From: an uncultured bacterium
GTDB taxonomy: Bacteria > Verrucomicrobiota > Verrucomicrobiia > Limisphaerales > UBA8199
NCBI GenBank assembly: GCA_963749495.1
Contig: CAVVMW010000001.1
Coordinates: forward strand, 448,001 to 512,000
Length of the DNA: 64,000 nucleotides
Direction: 5' to 3'
Part shown: piece after piece, positions 32,708 through 40,785 of the stretch
Position numbering within the stretch: the stretch's first letter is position 1
How the letters are laid out: each line of letters opens with the position of its first letter
Notes under the pieces: model-generated
Database searches by the model: none
The model's input: the letters and a program-made list of their open reading frames with translations, nothing else
Told to the model about the DNA's origin: nothing
Program-made: the position numbers and the translations under genes

Positions 32708-32736
32708 TCATGACCATTTAGCTGCGCCCGCCCCAC

Positions 32737-33906
32737 GTGAGCCTGAACCGAGAGCCATTGTGGACGCTGCCCGCTGTGCTGTGCGCGGGCGGGGTCGCCG
32801 CCCTTTTGCTGTTGCCCGCCCAGGACCGCGCCCGGCAGGACCTGGTTTTGGCTGCGCCAGCCCGCGCGGCGGAGGATGCGGTTGCAGCGCCCGGCCGCCT
32901 GCCGCGCACGAACCTGCTGGTTTATCACGGCCCCGCGGGCCAGGTCCTGGCGGTGAAGAGCCCGGCCGATTGGCAGCAGCGGCGCGCGGAGATAGTGCGG
33001 GCGATGCAGGAGGTCATGGGGCCGCTGCCGGGCCCCGAGAAGCGCTGCGAATTGGAGCCCAGGATTCAAGACGAGGTCGAGGTGCAGGCCCAGGGCGAAG
33101 GCGGGGGATACGTCCGCCGGTCGCTGACGTATGCCGCCGAGCCCGGCTCGCGCGTCCCGGCCTTTCTGCTCATACCCAAGGGTGCGCTCGCCGGGCAACG
33201 GAAATATCCGGCGGTCCTGGCGCTCCACCCGACCGACAACGACTACGGGCGCCGGGTCGTGGTCGAGCCCATGCGGGCCTACTACCGGGCCTACGCCCGC
33301 GACCTGGCCGAGCGCGGCTTCGTCGTGCTGGCGCCCGCCTATCCGCTGCTGGCGGACTATCAGCCGGACCTCCGCGCCCTGGGCTATCAAAGCGGCACTA
33401 TGAAGGCCATCTGGGACAACATCCGGGGGCTGGACCTGCTCGACTCATTGCCGTTCGTCCGGTCCGGCCGGTTTGGCGCCATTGGACACTCCCTGGGCGG
33501 GCACAACGCCCTCTATACGGCCGTATTCGACCCGCGGCTCCAGGTGGTGGTCTGCAGTTGCGGCTTCGACTCCTACCTGGACTACATGAACGGGGATATT
33601 CGCGGCTGGACCAGCCAGCGCTACATGCCGCGGCTGCTGACCTACCGCAACCGCCTGGCCGACATCCCCTTCGATTTCCATGAGATCCTCGGCGCCTTGG
33701 CCCCGCGCCAGGTCTGGATCAACGCGCCCCTGGGCGACACCAACTTCAAATGGCGCAGCGTGGACCAGGTCGTCCAGGCGGCCAGGGCGGTCTATGACCT
33801 GTATGGGGCGGACCCCAACCTGGTGGTCGAGCACCCGGACTGCGGCCACGATTTCCCGCCCCAGGCAAGGGAAAAGGCCTACCGCGTGCTCCGCAGCGGG
33901 GACTGA
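32737..33906 (+). CDS. Alpha/beta hydrolase (dienelactone hydrolase/acetylxylan esterase-like)
   Basis: GHSLGG nucleophile elbow, LAERGFVVLAP and GHDFP; GTG start uncertain. Confidence 0.85.
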   Translation: MSLNREPLWTLPAVLCAGGVAALLLLPAQDRARQDLVLAAPARAAEDAVAAPGRLPRTNLLVYHGPAGQVLAVKSPADWQQRRAEIVRAMQEVMGPLPGPEKRCELEPRIQDEVEVQAQGEGGGYVRRSLTYAAEPGSRVPAFLLIPKGALAGQRKYPAVLALHPTDNDYGRRVVVEPMRAYYRAYARDLAERGFVVLAPAYPLLADYQPDLRALGYQSGTMKAIWDNIRGLDLLDSLPFVRSGRFGAIGHSLGGHNALYTAVFDPRLQVVVCSCGFDSYLDYMNGDIRGWTSQRYMPRLLTYRNRLADIPFDFHEILGALAPRQVWINAPLGDTNFKWRSVDQVVQAARAVYDLYGADPNLVVEHPDCGHDFPPQAREKAYRVLRSGD

Positions 33907-33918
33907 GCGGAGCGCCGA

Positions 33919-33993
33919 GGCAAAATCATTGTTGGCAAAATCATCAGCAGAAAGACCCTTCTCACAATGATTTTGCCAACAATGATTCTGCCA
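33919..33993. repeat. GGCAAAATCAT x2 / ATGATT(T/C)TGCC x2 inverted repeat
   Basis: Doubled 11-mer and its reverse complement forming a hairpin. Confidence 0.8.
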
Positions 33994-34009
33994 TGAGGGA
34001 AGCCTCTCC

Positions 34010-34038
34010 TTGACTTGCCCGGAACCCGCTAATAGTTT
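34010..34038 (+). promoter_or_regulatory. Sigma70-like promoter for the glycosyltransferase
   Basis: TTGACT (34010-34015), 17 bp, TAGTTT (34033-34038); GTG start at 34045. Confidence 0.45.
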
Positions 34039-34044
34039 TGCCGC

Positions 34045-34917
34045 GTGAAAGTCAGCGGGTTCACCTTCCTGCGAAACGCACACCAACTCGGCTATCCCTT
34101 CGTGGAGTCGATCCGCTCGATCTTGCCAATCGTGGATGAATACGTTATCGCGCTGGGCCCGAGCCAGGACGGGACGGGCGAGATGATCCGCCAGATCGGC
34201 GACCCCAGGATTCGCATCCTCAAGACGCAGTGGAACGAGGGGATTCGCAATGATCTCAACCTCAAAGGCTTCGTCTATGGGCAGCAGAAATCGATAGCCC
34301 TCTTCAACTGCACCGGCGACTGGGCCTTTTACCTGGAAGGGGACGAAATCATGCACGAGGACGACTTGCCCAAGGTCCAGGAGGCCATGCGCAAGCACCT
34401 GGACAACCCGCGGGTCGAGGCGCTGTTTTTCGATTACCTGCACTTCTGGGGCAACCCGAACACCTATGTCTCGTGTCCGAGTTGGTATCGCACCGCACCG
34501 CGCATCGTCCGCAACAATATCACCATCTGGGCCCCCAAAGGGCTGTTCTTCATCGTCATGGAGAACAAGCGGCGGGGGCGCTATCCGCGCGCGGCCTCCG
34601 CCGGGGCGCGCATCTTCCATTACGGCAACATCCGGCCCAAGGCGCAATACGACCTCAAGGTCCTGGCGGTCCACAAATACTGGAGCAACACGCCGGCCTT
34701 CATTGATTACGGCGACATCGATCCCCAGATACTCAGGCCCTTCACCGGCACCCATCCCCAGGCCGTCCGGGCCTGGCTGCCTCCGGCCCAGGGCCTCTAT
34801 CAGCCCCCGCCCGGCCGGGTCCTGACCCTGGAAGACCGCCGGCACCGGTGGATGGCCAGACTCGAAAAATGGCTGGGGCTCGATTTGACCCACAGACATT
34901 ACCGGCGGGTGGAGTGA
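34045..34917 (+). CDS. Glycosyltransferase family 2-like
   Basis: MKVSGFTFLRN...YPFVESIRSILP, SQDGT, GDWAFYLEGDE and IFHYG. Confidence 0.88.
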   Translation: MKVSGFTFLRNAHQLGYPFVESIRSILPIVDEYVIALGPSQDGTGEMIRQIGDPRIRILKTQWNEGIRNDLNLKGFVYGQQKSIALFNCTGDWAFYLEGDEIMHEDDLPKVQEAMRKHLDNPRVEALFFDYLHFWGNPNTYVSCPSWYRTAPRIVRNNITIWAPKGLFFIVMENKRRGRYPRAASAGARIFHYGNIRPKAQYDLKVLAVHKYWSNTPAFIDYGDIDPQILRPFTGTHPQAVRAWLPPAQGLYQPPPGRVLTLEDRRHRWMARLEKWLGLDLTHRHYRRVE

Positions 34918-34940
34918 AGACGTGGGGCACACGGCTGGGA

Positions 34941-35088
34941 GACCCCTCACCCCGGCCCTCTCCCCTCGGAGGGGAGAGGGAGAATTCTCGGCAGCGGCCT
35001 GAGGAAGCGGAGGCTCCTCGGATTCCCGGAGACCGCCGACGCTTCTCCCTCTCCCCTTCGGAAGGGGAGAGGGCCGGGGTGAGGGGTC
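34941..35088. repeat. Palindromic element family B, inverted pair
   Basis: GACCCCTCACCCCGGCCCTCTCCCC..GGGGAGAGGG ... CCCTCTCCCC..GGGGAGAGGGCCGGGGTGAGGGGTC. Confidence 0.9.
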
Positions 35089-35168
35089 TGCTCGTGACAC
35101 TCCCGCCTTCACCCGGGCCTTAAACTTCCGCATGGACTAACCCTTGGCTGGCGGGCAGATTCCAGTTG

Positions 35169-35471
35169 ATGCAACCGGTGGACATAGAACCGATTGGAGA
35201 AGAGCTGGCAATCAAGTGGGACGATGGCAGCGAGAGCTACATCCTGCTGGAGAAGCTCCGGCGGTGTTGTCCGTGCGCCGGCTGCAAGGGTGAGGTGGAC
35301 ATCATGGGCAACCTCTACAAGGGCCCGGAGCGGCCGCTGCCGCCCGAGGCCTTCCGTCTGGCCGCTCTCCATCCCATTGGCAGTTATGCTCTCCAGCCCG
35401 TTTGGGCCGACGGCCACACCACAGGGCTGTATTCGTTCGATTACCTGGAACGAATCGCGCGCAGTGGCTGA
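35169..35471 (+). CDS. DUF971 / GBBH-like N-terminal domain protein
   Basis: LRRCCPCAGC and IGSYALQPVWADGHTTGLYSFDYL. Confidence 0.9.
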   Translation: MQPVDIEPIGEELAIKWDDGSESYILLEKLRRCCPCAGCKGEVDIMGNLYKGPERPLPPEAFRLAALHPIGSYALQPVWADGHTTGLYSFDYLERIARSG

Positions 35472-35498
35472 GGAGCTTGGATTTGTAACTGTTCAGGT

Positions 35499-35612
35499 GT
35501 GGGGCAGACCTCTGGTCTGCCGGTTCATGGAGCCTCCGGCTCCGTGTCCCTTGCAGTTGCGAAGCTCGGGGCCAGAGGCCCCCGCAACCGGCAGACCGGA
35601 GGTCTGCCCCAC
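35499..35612. repeat. GTGG-type REP doublet (family D)
   Basis: GTGGGGCAGACCTCTGGTCTGCCGGTT ... AACCGGCAGACCGGAGGTCTGCCCCAC. Confidence 0.85.
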
Positions 35613-35699
35613 GCATGCGGCAAACTTTGCCGGTTGAGAGCCTGGTCCTCGTCCGGCAGCATGGGAAGAGAATGAGCGAGACGCAAAACCAATTCTCCC

Positions 35700-35749
35700 T
35701 CACCCGCGCAGCGTCAAAACCGACGGCGCGGCAAAAAAGCAAATTCCTA
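35700..35749. repeat. Left copy of 50-bp imperfect direct repeat bracketing the island
   Basis: TCACCCGCGCAGCGTCAA-N8-GCGCGGCAAAAAAGCAAATTCCTA; matches 41264-41314. Confidence 0.8.
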
Positions 35750-35954
35750 CCAGTCCATGGCCCCTCAGCCCAAGCATGGATAACGCTTCCTTAATCCTGC
35801 AGAGGGAGACCGGCCTCCCATCTGACGGCCAGGGGGAACCATTCATTTTTACAGAGAATTGCCGGGAGCTAGAAAAGCTCAGTTCAGCCAGTTGGATCTT
35901 CAAGTTTTTGCCACGGCGATAATCCTTGACAGAAAATAGCAGGTCATACTTCAT
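35700..35954 (-). CDS. Small hypothetical protein or remnant (AT-rich)
   Basis: MKYDLLFSVKDYRRGKNLKIQL...; 3' end runs into the direct repeat. Confidence 0.3.
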   Translation of the reverse strand: MKYDLLFSVKDYRRGKNLKIQLAELSFSSSRQFSVKMNGSPWPSDGRPVSLCRIKEALSMLGLRGHGLVGICFFAAPSVLTLRG

Positions 35955-36027
35955 TAAGCTAAGGTCGCAGAAGACTTTACAAAAGTCAGGCGTGCACGGA
36001 GGTTTACACGCACTTTGTATAATCACA

Positions 36028-36790
36028 GTTGGGCGGACATGACGAAGCGGGGTAGTGAGACCCATGGCAGACAAACCACAATATCCGCCGAGGATTGAGC
36101 TCGACGGAGCGCGCCTGCGCCCACTGCGTGTGGCCGACGCTGCCGCGCTCTGCGCCTACCTGCGAGATCCCGTCGTTACAGAATTGACCAGCTATCCCGT
36201 TGCATCGGTACCGATGGTCGAAGCAATGATCGAGCGGTCTCTGAGCCGTTGGGCGGCGGGCGAGCTGTCCAAATGGGGGATCGCCCTCCAACACGATGAT
36301 CGGCTTGTCGGCACCTGCGGTTTCAACGAGTGGTCTAAGGTACACCGCTGGGCGGAGCTGGCGTTCGACTTGGCGCAGGCTCACTGGGGCAAGGGACTGA
36401 TGCGCCAAGCCGTGGCCGCGGTACTTCAGTGGACTTACCGACAGGACCAGGTCGATCGCGTACACGCCTTCGTCAGGGTCGACAACAGACGGTCGCAGCG
36501 CTTTCTCGAGCGCAGTGGGTTTGTGCGTGAGGGTTGCCTGAGGAGTTATCGGGTGTGTCGTGGGCAACCACACGACTTCTACATCTACGCTTTGCTGCGC
36601 TCGGATTGGGCGGCCGCGCAACAAAGATGCGAGCTAGGCAGCGCGCCTGGCTCTCGGACTGACGAGATAGAGTAGAGCAACGAGGCGTGACGATGATTGA
36701 GGATGCACGCGCGGGCCCCGCGATGATCTCGGCTGGGGCCGCCCAACAAGGGCTTGGTGCTGACAGTGCGCCGCGAAATCGGAGCGCCGC
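36028..36790 (+). mobile_element. Integron-type gene cassette with truncated attC
   Basis: GTTRRRY core GTTGGGC (36028-36034) before the gene; complementary RYYYAAC GCCCAAC (36741-36747) followed by attC-like left arm AAGGGCTTGGTGCTGAC. Confidence 0.6.
36064..36675 (+). CDS. RimJ/RimL-family GNAT N-acetyltransferase
   Basis: LRPL..ADA, LVGTCGF, HWGKGLMRQAV and DNRRSQRFLERSGFVREG. Confidence 0.92.
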   Translation: MADKPQYPPRIELDGARLRPLRVADAAALCAYLRDPVVTELTSYPVASVPMVEAMIERSLSRWAAGELSKWGIALQHDDRLVGTCGFNEWSKVHRWAELAFDLAQAHWGKGLMRQAVAAVLQWTYRQDQVDRVHAFVRVDNRRSQRFLERSGFVREGCLRSYRVCRGQPHDFYIYALLRSDWAAAQQRCELGSAPGSRTDEIE

Positions 36791-36969
36791 GAAATCGGGG
36801 TCACATCTATACTTTCTTACAATCTGAGCCCGGAACACCAAATACAATCGAAATCGGGGTCAACAATCGAAATCGGGGTCACATCTATACTTTCTTACAA
36901 TCTGAGCCCGGAACACCAAATACAATCGAAATCGGCGAAATCGGGGTCACATCTATACTTTCTTACAAT
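36790..36969 (+). repeat. Left-end array A: three full CGAAATCGGGGTCACATCTATACTTTCTTACAAT units plus fragments
   Basis: Full units at about 36790, 36868 and 36936; partial CGAAATCGG(GGTCA) pieces between them. Confidence 0.92.
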
Positions 36970-37488
36970 CTGAGCCCGGAACACCAAATACCATGGCATG
37001 GCACGCTTTGCGAATTGAACGGGCGGGCGGGCGCTGTCATGTGACCGCACGGGGCGAAATCGGGCACGCCGAGCTGCGCCAGGAGATGACGCGCATCCAG
37101 AACACATTGTAAAAATGTATAGATTTGACCCCGGCTCCTCCCTTTTATAGATTTGACCCCGGCTCCTCCCTTTTAGATTTGACCCCGGCTCCTCCCTTTC
37201 CGGCTCCTCCCTGCTCCCATGCCAGATGATTAGAATCTCAACGGTTTGTTGCTCCTCGAAAACCCGGTAGAAGATGCGGTAGTTGCGGCACAGGATTTCA
37301 CGATCACCGCTCTTACTGCCTCGCGGATAGTGCGGCCCAATGTGCGGGAAGGTTGCGAGCAACTCGACATGAGCGATGATTTCATCCCCGATGCGCCTGG
37401 CGGCGGACGGATTGTCGCGGGCGATGCGCTCAACGATTGCTCTCAGGTCAGCGAGCGCCGGCTCAGTCCAGACTATTTTGTAGTCCAT
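36895..37488 (-). CDS. RelE/ParE family toxin, copy A (reads through repeat arrays)
   Basis: YKIVWTEPALADL..I, DNPSAA, LATFPHIG, NYRIFYRV and IWHGSR. Confidence 0.8.
   Translation of the reverse strand: MDYKIVWTEPALADLRAIVERIARDNPSAARRIGDEIIAHVELLATFPHIGPHYPRGSKSGDREILCRNYRIFYRVFEEQQTVEILIIWHGSREEPEREEPGSNLKGRSRGQIYKREEPGSNLYIFTMCSGCASSPGAARRARFRPVRSHDSARPPVQFAKRAMPWYLVFRAQIVRKYRCDPDFADFDCIWCSGLRL
36943..37132 (+). mobile_element. 190-bp miniature element derived from a Y1 (IS200/RAYT-like) transposase locus, copy A
   Basis: 25-bp inverted ends (22/25 match); internal 39-codon ORF 36993-37112 MAWHALRIERAGGRCHVTARG|EIGHAELRQEMTRIQNTL resembles RAYT N- and C-termini joined. Confidence 0.75.
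37120..37213 (+). repeat. Right-end array A: three TAGATTTGACCCCGGCTCCTCCCTTT units
   Basis: Units at 37120, 37148 and 37174, then CCGGCTCCTCCCT. Confidence 0.92.
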
Positions 37489-37627
37489 GAAGCCAATCGT
37501 TCTTCGACCTCCTCATGTGAGACGACTTGGCCCGCCTCAGACGCAGCCTTGGCGCGCCGCAACGCTGCCAGAATGGCAACATCTTGGCTGATTTCCTCCA
37601 GGGTAGCTGTCTCTGGAAGCTTTCGGA
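37473..37627 (-). pseudogene. Antitoxin copy A lacking its first 31 bp
   Basis: Matches 40770-40924 with one substitution noticed; start codon replaced by array B. Confidence 0.85.
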
Positions 37628-37629
37628 GG

Positions 37630-37827
37630 CGAAATCGGGGTCACATCTATACTTTCTTACAATCGAAATCGCGAAATCGGGGTCACATCTATACTTTCTT
37701 ACAATCGAAATCGGGGTTAATCGAAACAATCGAAATCGGGGTCACATCTATACTTTCTTACAATCTGTACTTTCTTACAATCGAAATCGCGAACGAAATC
37801 GGGGTCACATCTATACTTTCTTACAAT
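37630..37827 (+). repeat. Left-end array B: four full units plus fragments
   Basis: Full units at about 37630, 37672, 37731 and 37794; partial pieces between them. Confidence 0.92.
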
Positions 37828-38110
37828 CTGAGCCCGGAACACCAAATACCATGGCATGGCACGCTTTGCGAATTGAACGGGCGGGCGGGCGCTGTCATGT
37901 GACCGCACGGGGCGAAATCGGGCACGCCGAGCTGCGCCAGGAGATGACGCGCATCCAGAACACATTGTAAAAATGTAGTAACTATTCAGGTCTAATCAGG
38001 GGAATTTAAGCACCGCCTTCGTTGGCGCACGAGCTTTGATTCGCTTTTTTCTCCCTTTTTTGCTCATCCGGTACCTGGACTCCAGGCCCCACTGGTGCCA
38101 TCATCCGGGC

Positions 38111-38979
38111 ATGACCTTGACCGTGCAGGGCCGTTTGCTCGGTGCGGAGCAGTTGGACCAAGTCCGCCAGTTGCTCGGGCAGCACCCCCAATGGAGTCGC
38201 CGCAGGCTGTCCCGCGCGCTGTGTCAACGGTGGGCTTGGCGGGACCCCAAAGGCCGACTCCAAGACATGGCCGCCCGCGCGCTGTTGGTCAAATTGGAAG
38301 CGCGGGGCCTGCTGGTCTTGCCGCCGCGCCGCTGCGTGCCTTGCAATCGCATGCGCCGCCAGCAACTGCGCCCGGTGGCCCATGGCACCCAACGCCTCGC
38401 CGGGCCGCTGGAGGCTTTGCAGCCACTGGAGGTGCGGGAATTAAGCCAATGGCCGGACCAACGGCCGCTCTTCGACTGGCTGCTGCATCGCTATCATTAT
38501 CTGGGCTACACCGGCACGGTGGGCCTCAATCTGAAGTACCTGGTGCTGGATCGCTGCGGGCGACCGCTCAGTTGCCTGCTCTTTGGCTCGGCCGCTTGGC
38601 AGTGCGCCCCCCGCGACCAGTTTATCGGCTGGAGCCCCGCCGCGCGGCGCGCGCATTTGCAGGCGCTGACCAACAACACGCGTTTCATCGTGTTGCCCTG
38701 GGTTGCCACGCCCAACTTGGCCAGCCACGCGCTGAGTCTGGTCTTGCGCCGTCTGGCCCAGGACTGGCAGCGCAAATACGCCCGGCCGCTCCATCTGGTG
38801 GAGACCTTCGTGACACCTCCCGTTTCACCGGCGCCTGTTATCGCGCCGCCAATTGGATCGCGTTGGGCCAGACCACCGGCCGCACCCGCAACGACCGGAG
38901 CAATCGGCCCCAGGTCTGCCCCAAGGCGGTGTGGGTCTATCCGCTGGACCCGCAGTTTCGCCGCCACCTATGCGCCTGA
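38111..38979 (+). CDS. DUF4338 (Druantia DruA-like) domain protein (apparent 1-bp deletion near 38811)
   Basis: HYLGY, LFGSAAW, RDQFIGW, NNTRF.VLPWV..PNLASH, VETFV|DTSRFTGACYRAANW..LGQTTGR. Confidence 0.85.
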
Positions 38980-40421
38980 AGAGCCGCCAGCAACTCTTGG
39001 CCTTGGCCCGCACGGCCCCAGCCCGGCTCGTCGAGTGGGCGCTGCGCCTGGCAGCCAGGCTGCGGCAAGTGTGTCGGCAACGGGATGCGCTACGCCGTCA
39101 AGTCAAAGAACTCCAAGCCCGCCTGGCCCTCAACAGCACCAATAGCAGCAAACCGCCCAGCTCGGATGGATTGGCCAAACCGGCCCCCAAGTCCCTGCGC
39201 CAAAAAACCGGCCGCCGGCCCGGCGGCCAGCCCGGGCATCCGGGCCGAACCCTCCAGCCCGTGCGCGAGCCGGATCACGTGCGCATGCATCGGCTCCAAC
39301 GCTGTCCCTGCGGCGCTTGCCAGGGCCGGGACTTGCGCTCCGAGCCGGTCCTGGACTACGAGAAGCGCCAGGTCTTCGAGTTGCCCGAAAAGCCGCTGGA
39401 AGTGACCGAACACCGGGCCGAGATCAAACGCTGCCCCGTCTCCGGGCGGCGGGTCACCGCCACGTTCCCCGAGGGCGTCATCGCCCCGGCCCAATACGGC
39501 CCACGCTTCAAGGCCCAGATGGTCTATCTCAACGACCAGCACTTCATCCCGTATCAGCGGTTGACCCAAATCTGCCAAGACCTCTACGGCCAGCCCTTGA
39601 GCGAGGCGACCATCGCCTCGGCCAATCAACGGGCTTACGAACACCTGGCCCCCTTCGAGCAAACGCTGGGGCAACAGTTGCCCCAAGCCCCGGTCAATCA
39701 TTGCGATGAGAGCGGCCTGCGCGTGGCCAAGAGTTTGCACTGGCTTCACGTCGTCAGTAACGCCCACCTCACTTTCTACGGCGTCCATCCCAAGCGCGGC
39801 ACCGAGGCGATGGATTACTTCGGCATCCTGCCCCGCTGCACCGGCTTCCTTATCCACGACCATTGGAAACCCTATTTCACCTACGACCAGTGCCTGCACG
39901 CCCTGTGCAACGAGCACCATCTGCGCGAACTCAAGTTCCTGTGGCAAGAACAGCACGAAGCCTGGGCCCAGCAGATGAGCGCCTTCCTGCTCGGCTGCCT
40001 GGAACGTTGCAAAAAGCACGGCGTGTTGGAGGAGTGGCAATTCAAGCGCCTGCGCCGCCAGTATCGCGCCATTGTCCAAGCGGGCCGCCGCCGCCATCCC
40101 CGCCAGCAGGGCAACCGGGCACAAAGCAAGGCTGCCAACCTGCTGGATCGCCTGGAGGACTTCGAGTGGAGCGTGCTGGCCTTTACCGTCTTTGAGGAAG
40201 TCCCGTTCACCAACAACGGCGCCGAGCGCGACCTGCGCATGGAGAAGACCCGCCAAAAGGTCTCGGGCTGTTTCCGCACCCTGCACGGGGCCAGGGTCTT
40301 CGCGCGCATTCGCAGCTACATCTCCACCTGCCGCAAGCAGGGCCGCAACATCCTTGACGCGCTGGAAAAGGCCGTCGCCGGCACCCCGTTCATCCCCTCA
40401 GCCCCTCCCAGAGGCCCGTAA
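38970..40421 (+). CDS. IS66 family transposase (TnpC-type)
   Basis: Coiled coil, NSTNSSKPPSSD, PGGQPGHPG, HCDESG, HALCNEHHLREL, VPFTNNGAERDLR and KVSGCFR. Confidence 0.96.
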   Translation: MRLKSRQQLLALARTAPARLVEWALRLAARLRQVCRQRDALRRQVKELQARLALNSTNSSKPPSSDGLAKPAPKSLRQKTGRRPGGQPGHPGRTLQPVREPDHVRMHRLQRCPCGACQGRDLRSEPVLDYEKRQVFELPEKPLEVTEHRAEIKRCPVSGRRVTATFPEGVIAPAQYGPRFKAQMVYLNDQHFIPYQRLTQICQDLYGQPLSEATIASANQRAYEHLAPFEQTLGQQLPQAPVNHCDESGLRVAKSLHWLHVVSNAHLTFYGVHPKRGTEAMDYFGILPRCTGFLIHDHWKPYFTYDQCLHALCNEHHLRELKFLWQEQHEAWAQQMSAFLLGCLERCKKHGVLEEWQFKRLRRQYRAIVQAGRRRHPRQQGNRAQSKAANLLDRLEDFEWSVLAFTVFEEVPFTNNGAERDLRMEKTRQKVSGCFRTLHGARVFARIRSYISTCRKQGRNILDALEKAVAGTPFIPSAPPRGP

Positions 40422-40785
40422 GACCTGAATAGTTACAAAATGTATAGATTTGACCCCGGCTCCTCCCTTTTAGATTTGACCCCGGCTCCTCCCTTTCCGG
40501 CTCCTCCCTGCTCCCATGCCAGATGATTAGAATCTCAACGGTTTGTTGCTCCTCGAAAACCCGGTAGAAGATGCGGTAGTTGCGGCACAGGATTTCACGA
40601 TCACCGCTCTTACTGCCTCGCGGATAGTGCGGCCCAATGTGCGGGAAGGTTGCGAGCAACTCGACATGAGCGATGATTTCATCCCCGATGCGCCTGGCGG
40701 CGGACGGATTGTCGCGGGCGATGCGCTCAACGATTGCTCTCAGGTCAGCGAGCGCCGGCTCAGTCCAGACTATTTTGTAGTCCAT
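40390..40785 (-). CDS. RelE/ParE family toxin, copy B (reads through into IS66 end)
   Basis: Same toxin domain as copy A. Confidence 0.85.
   Translation of the reverse strand: MDYKIVWTEPALADLRAIVERIARDNPSAARRIGDEIIAHVELLATFPHIGPHYPRGSKSGDREILCRNYRIFYRVFEEQQTVEILIIWHGSREEPEREEPGSNLKGRSRGQIYTFCNYSGLTGLWEGLRG
40445..40509 (+). repeat. Right-end array B: two TAGATTTGACCCCGGCTCCTCCCTTT units
   Basis: Units at 40445 and 40471. Confidence 0.9.

Larger units (their letters stand above)
37978..40436 (+). mobile_element. IS66-family element (2459 bp) with DUF4338 gene in place of tnpA/tnpB
   Basis: Perfect 16-bp TIR GTAACTATTCAGGTCT (37978-37993 / 40421-40436); 8-bp TSD AAAATGTA (37970-37977, 40437-40444). 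Confidence 0.96.
37801..40457 (+). mobile_element. Miniature Y1/RAYT-derived element copy B, right end split by IS66
   Basis: 37801-37977 matches copy A; right end resumes at 40437. Confidence 0.75.

Noticed and set aside
36790..37827. CRISPR array (34-bp repeat, seven full copies)
   Set aside because: Intervening pieces are fragments of the repeat or its own flank, not unique spacers; spacing is irregular; no cas genes; the repeat is one end of an inverted pair.
38036..38979. Complete Druantia defence system
   Set aside because: Only a DruA-like domain is present, inside IS66 TIRs; no DruE helicase or other dru genes.
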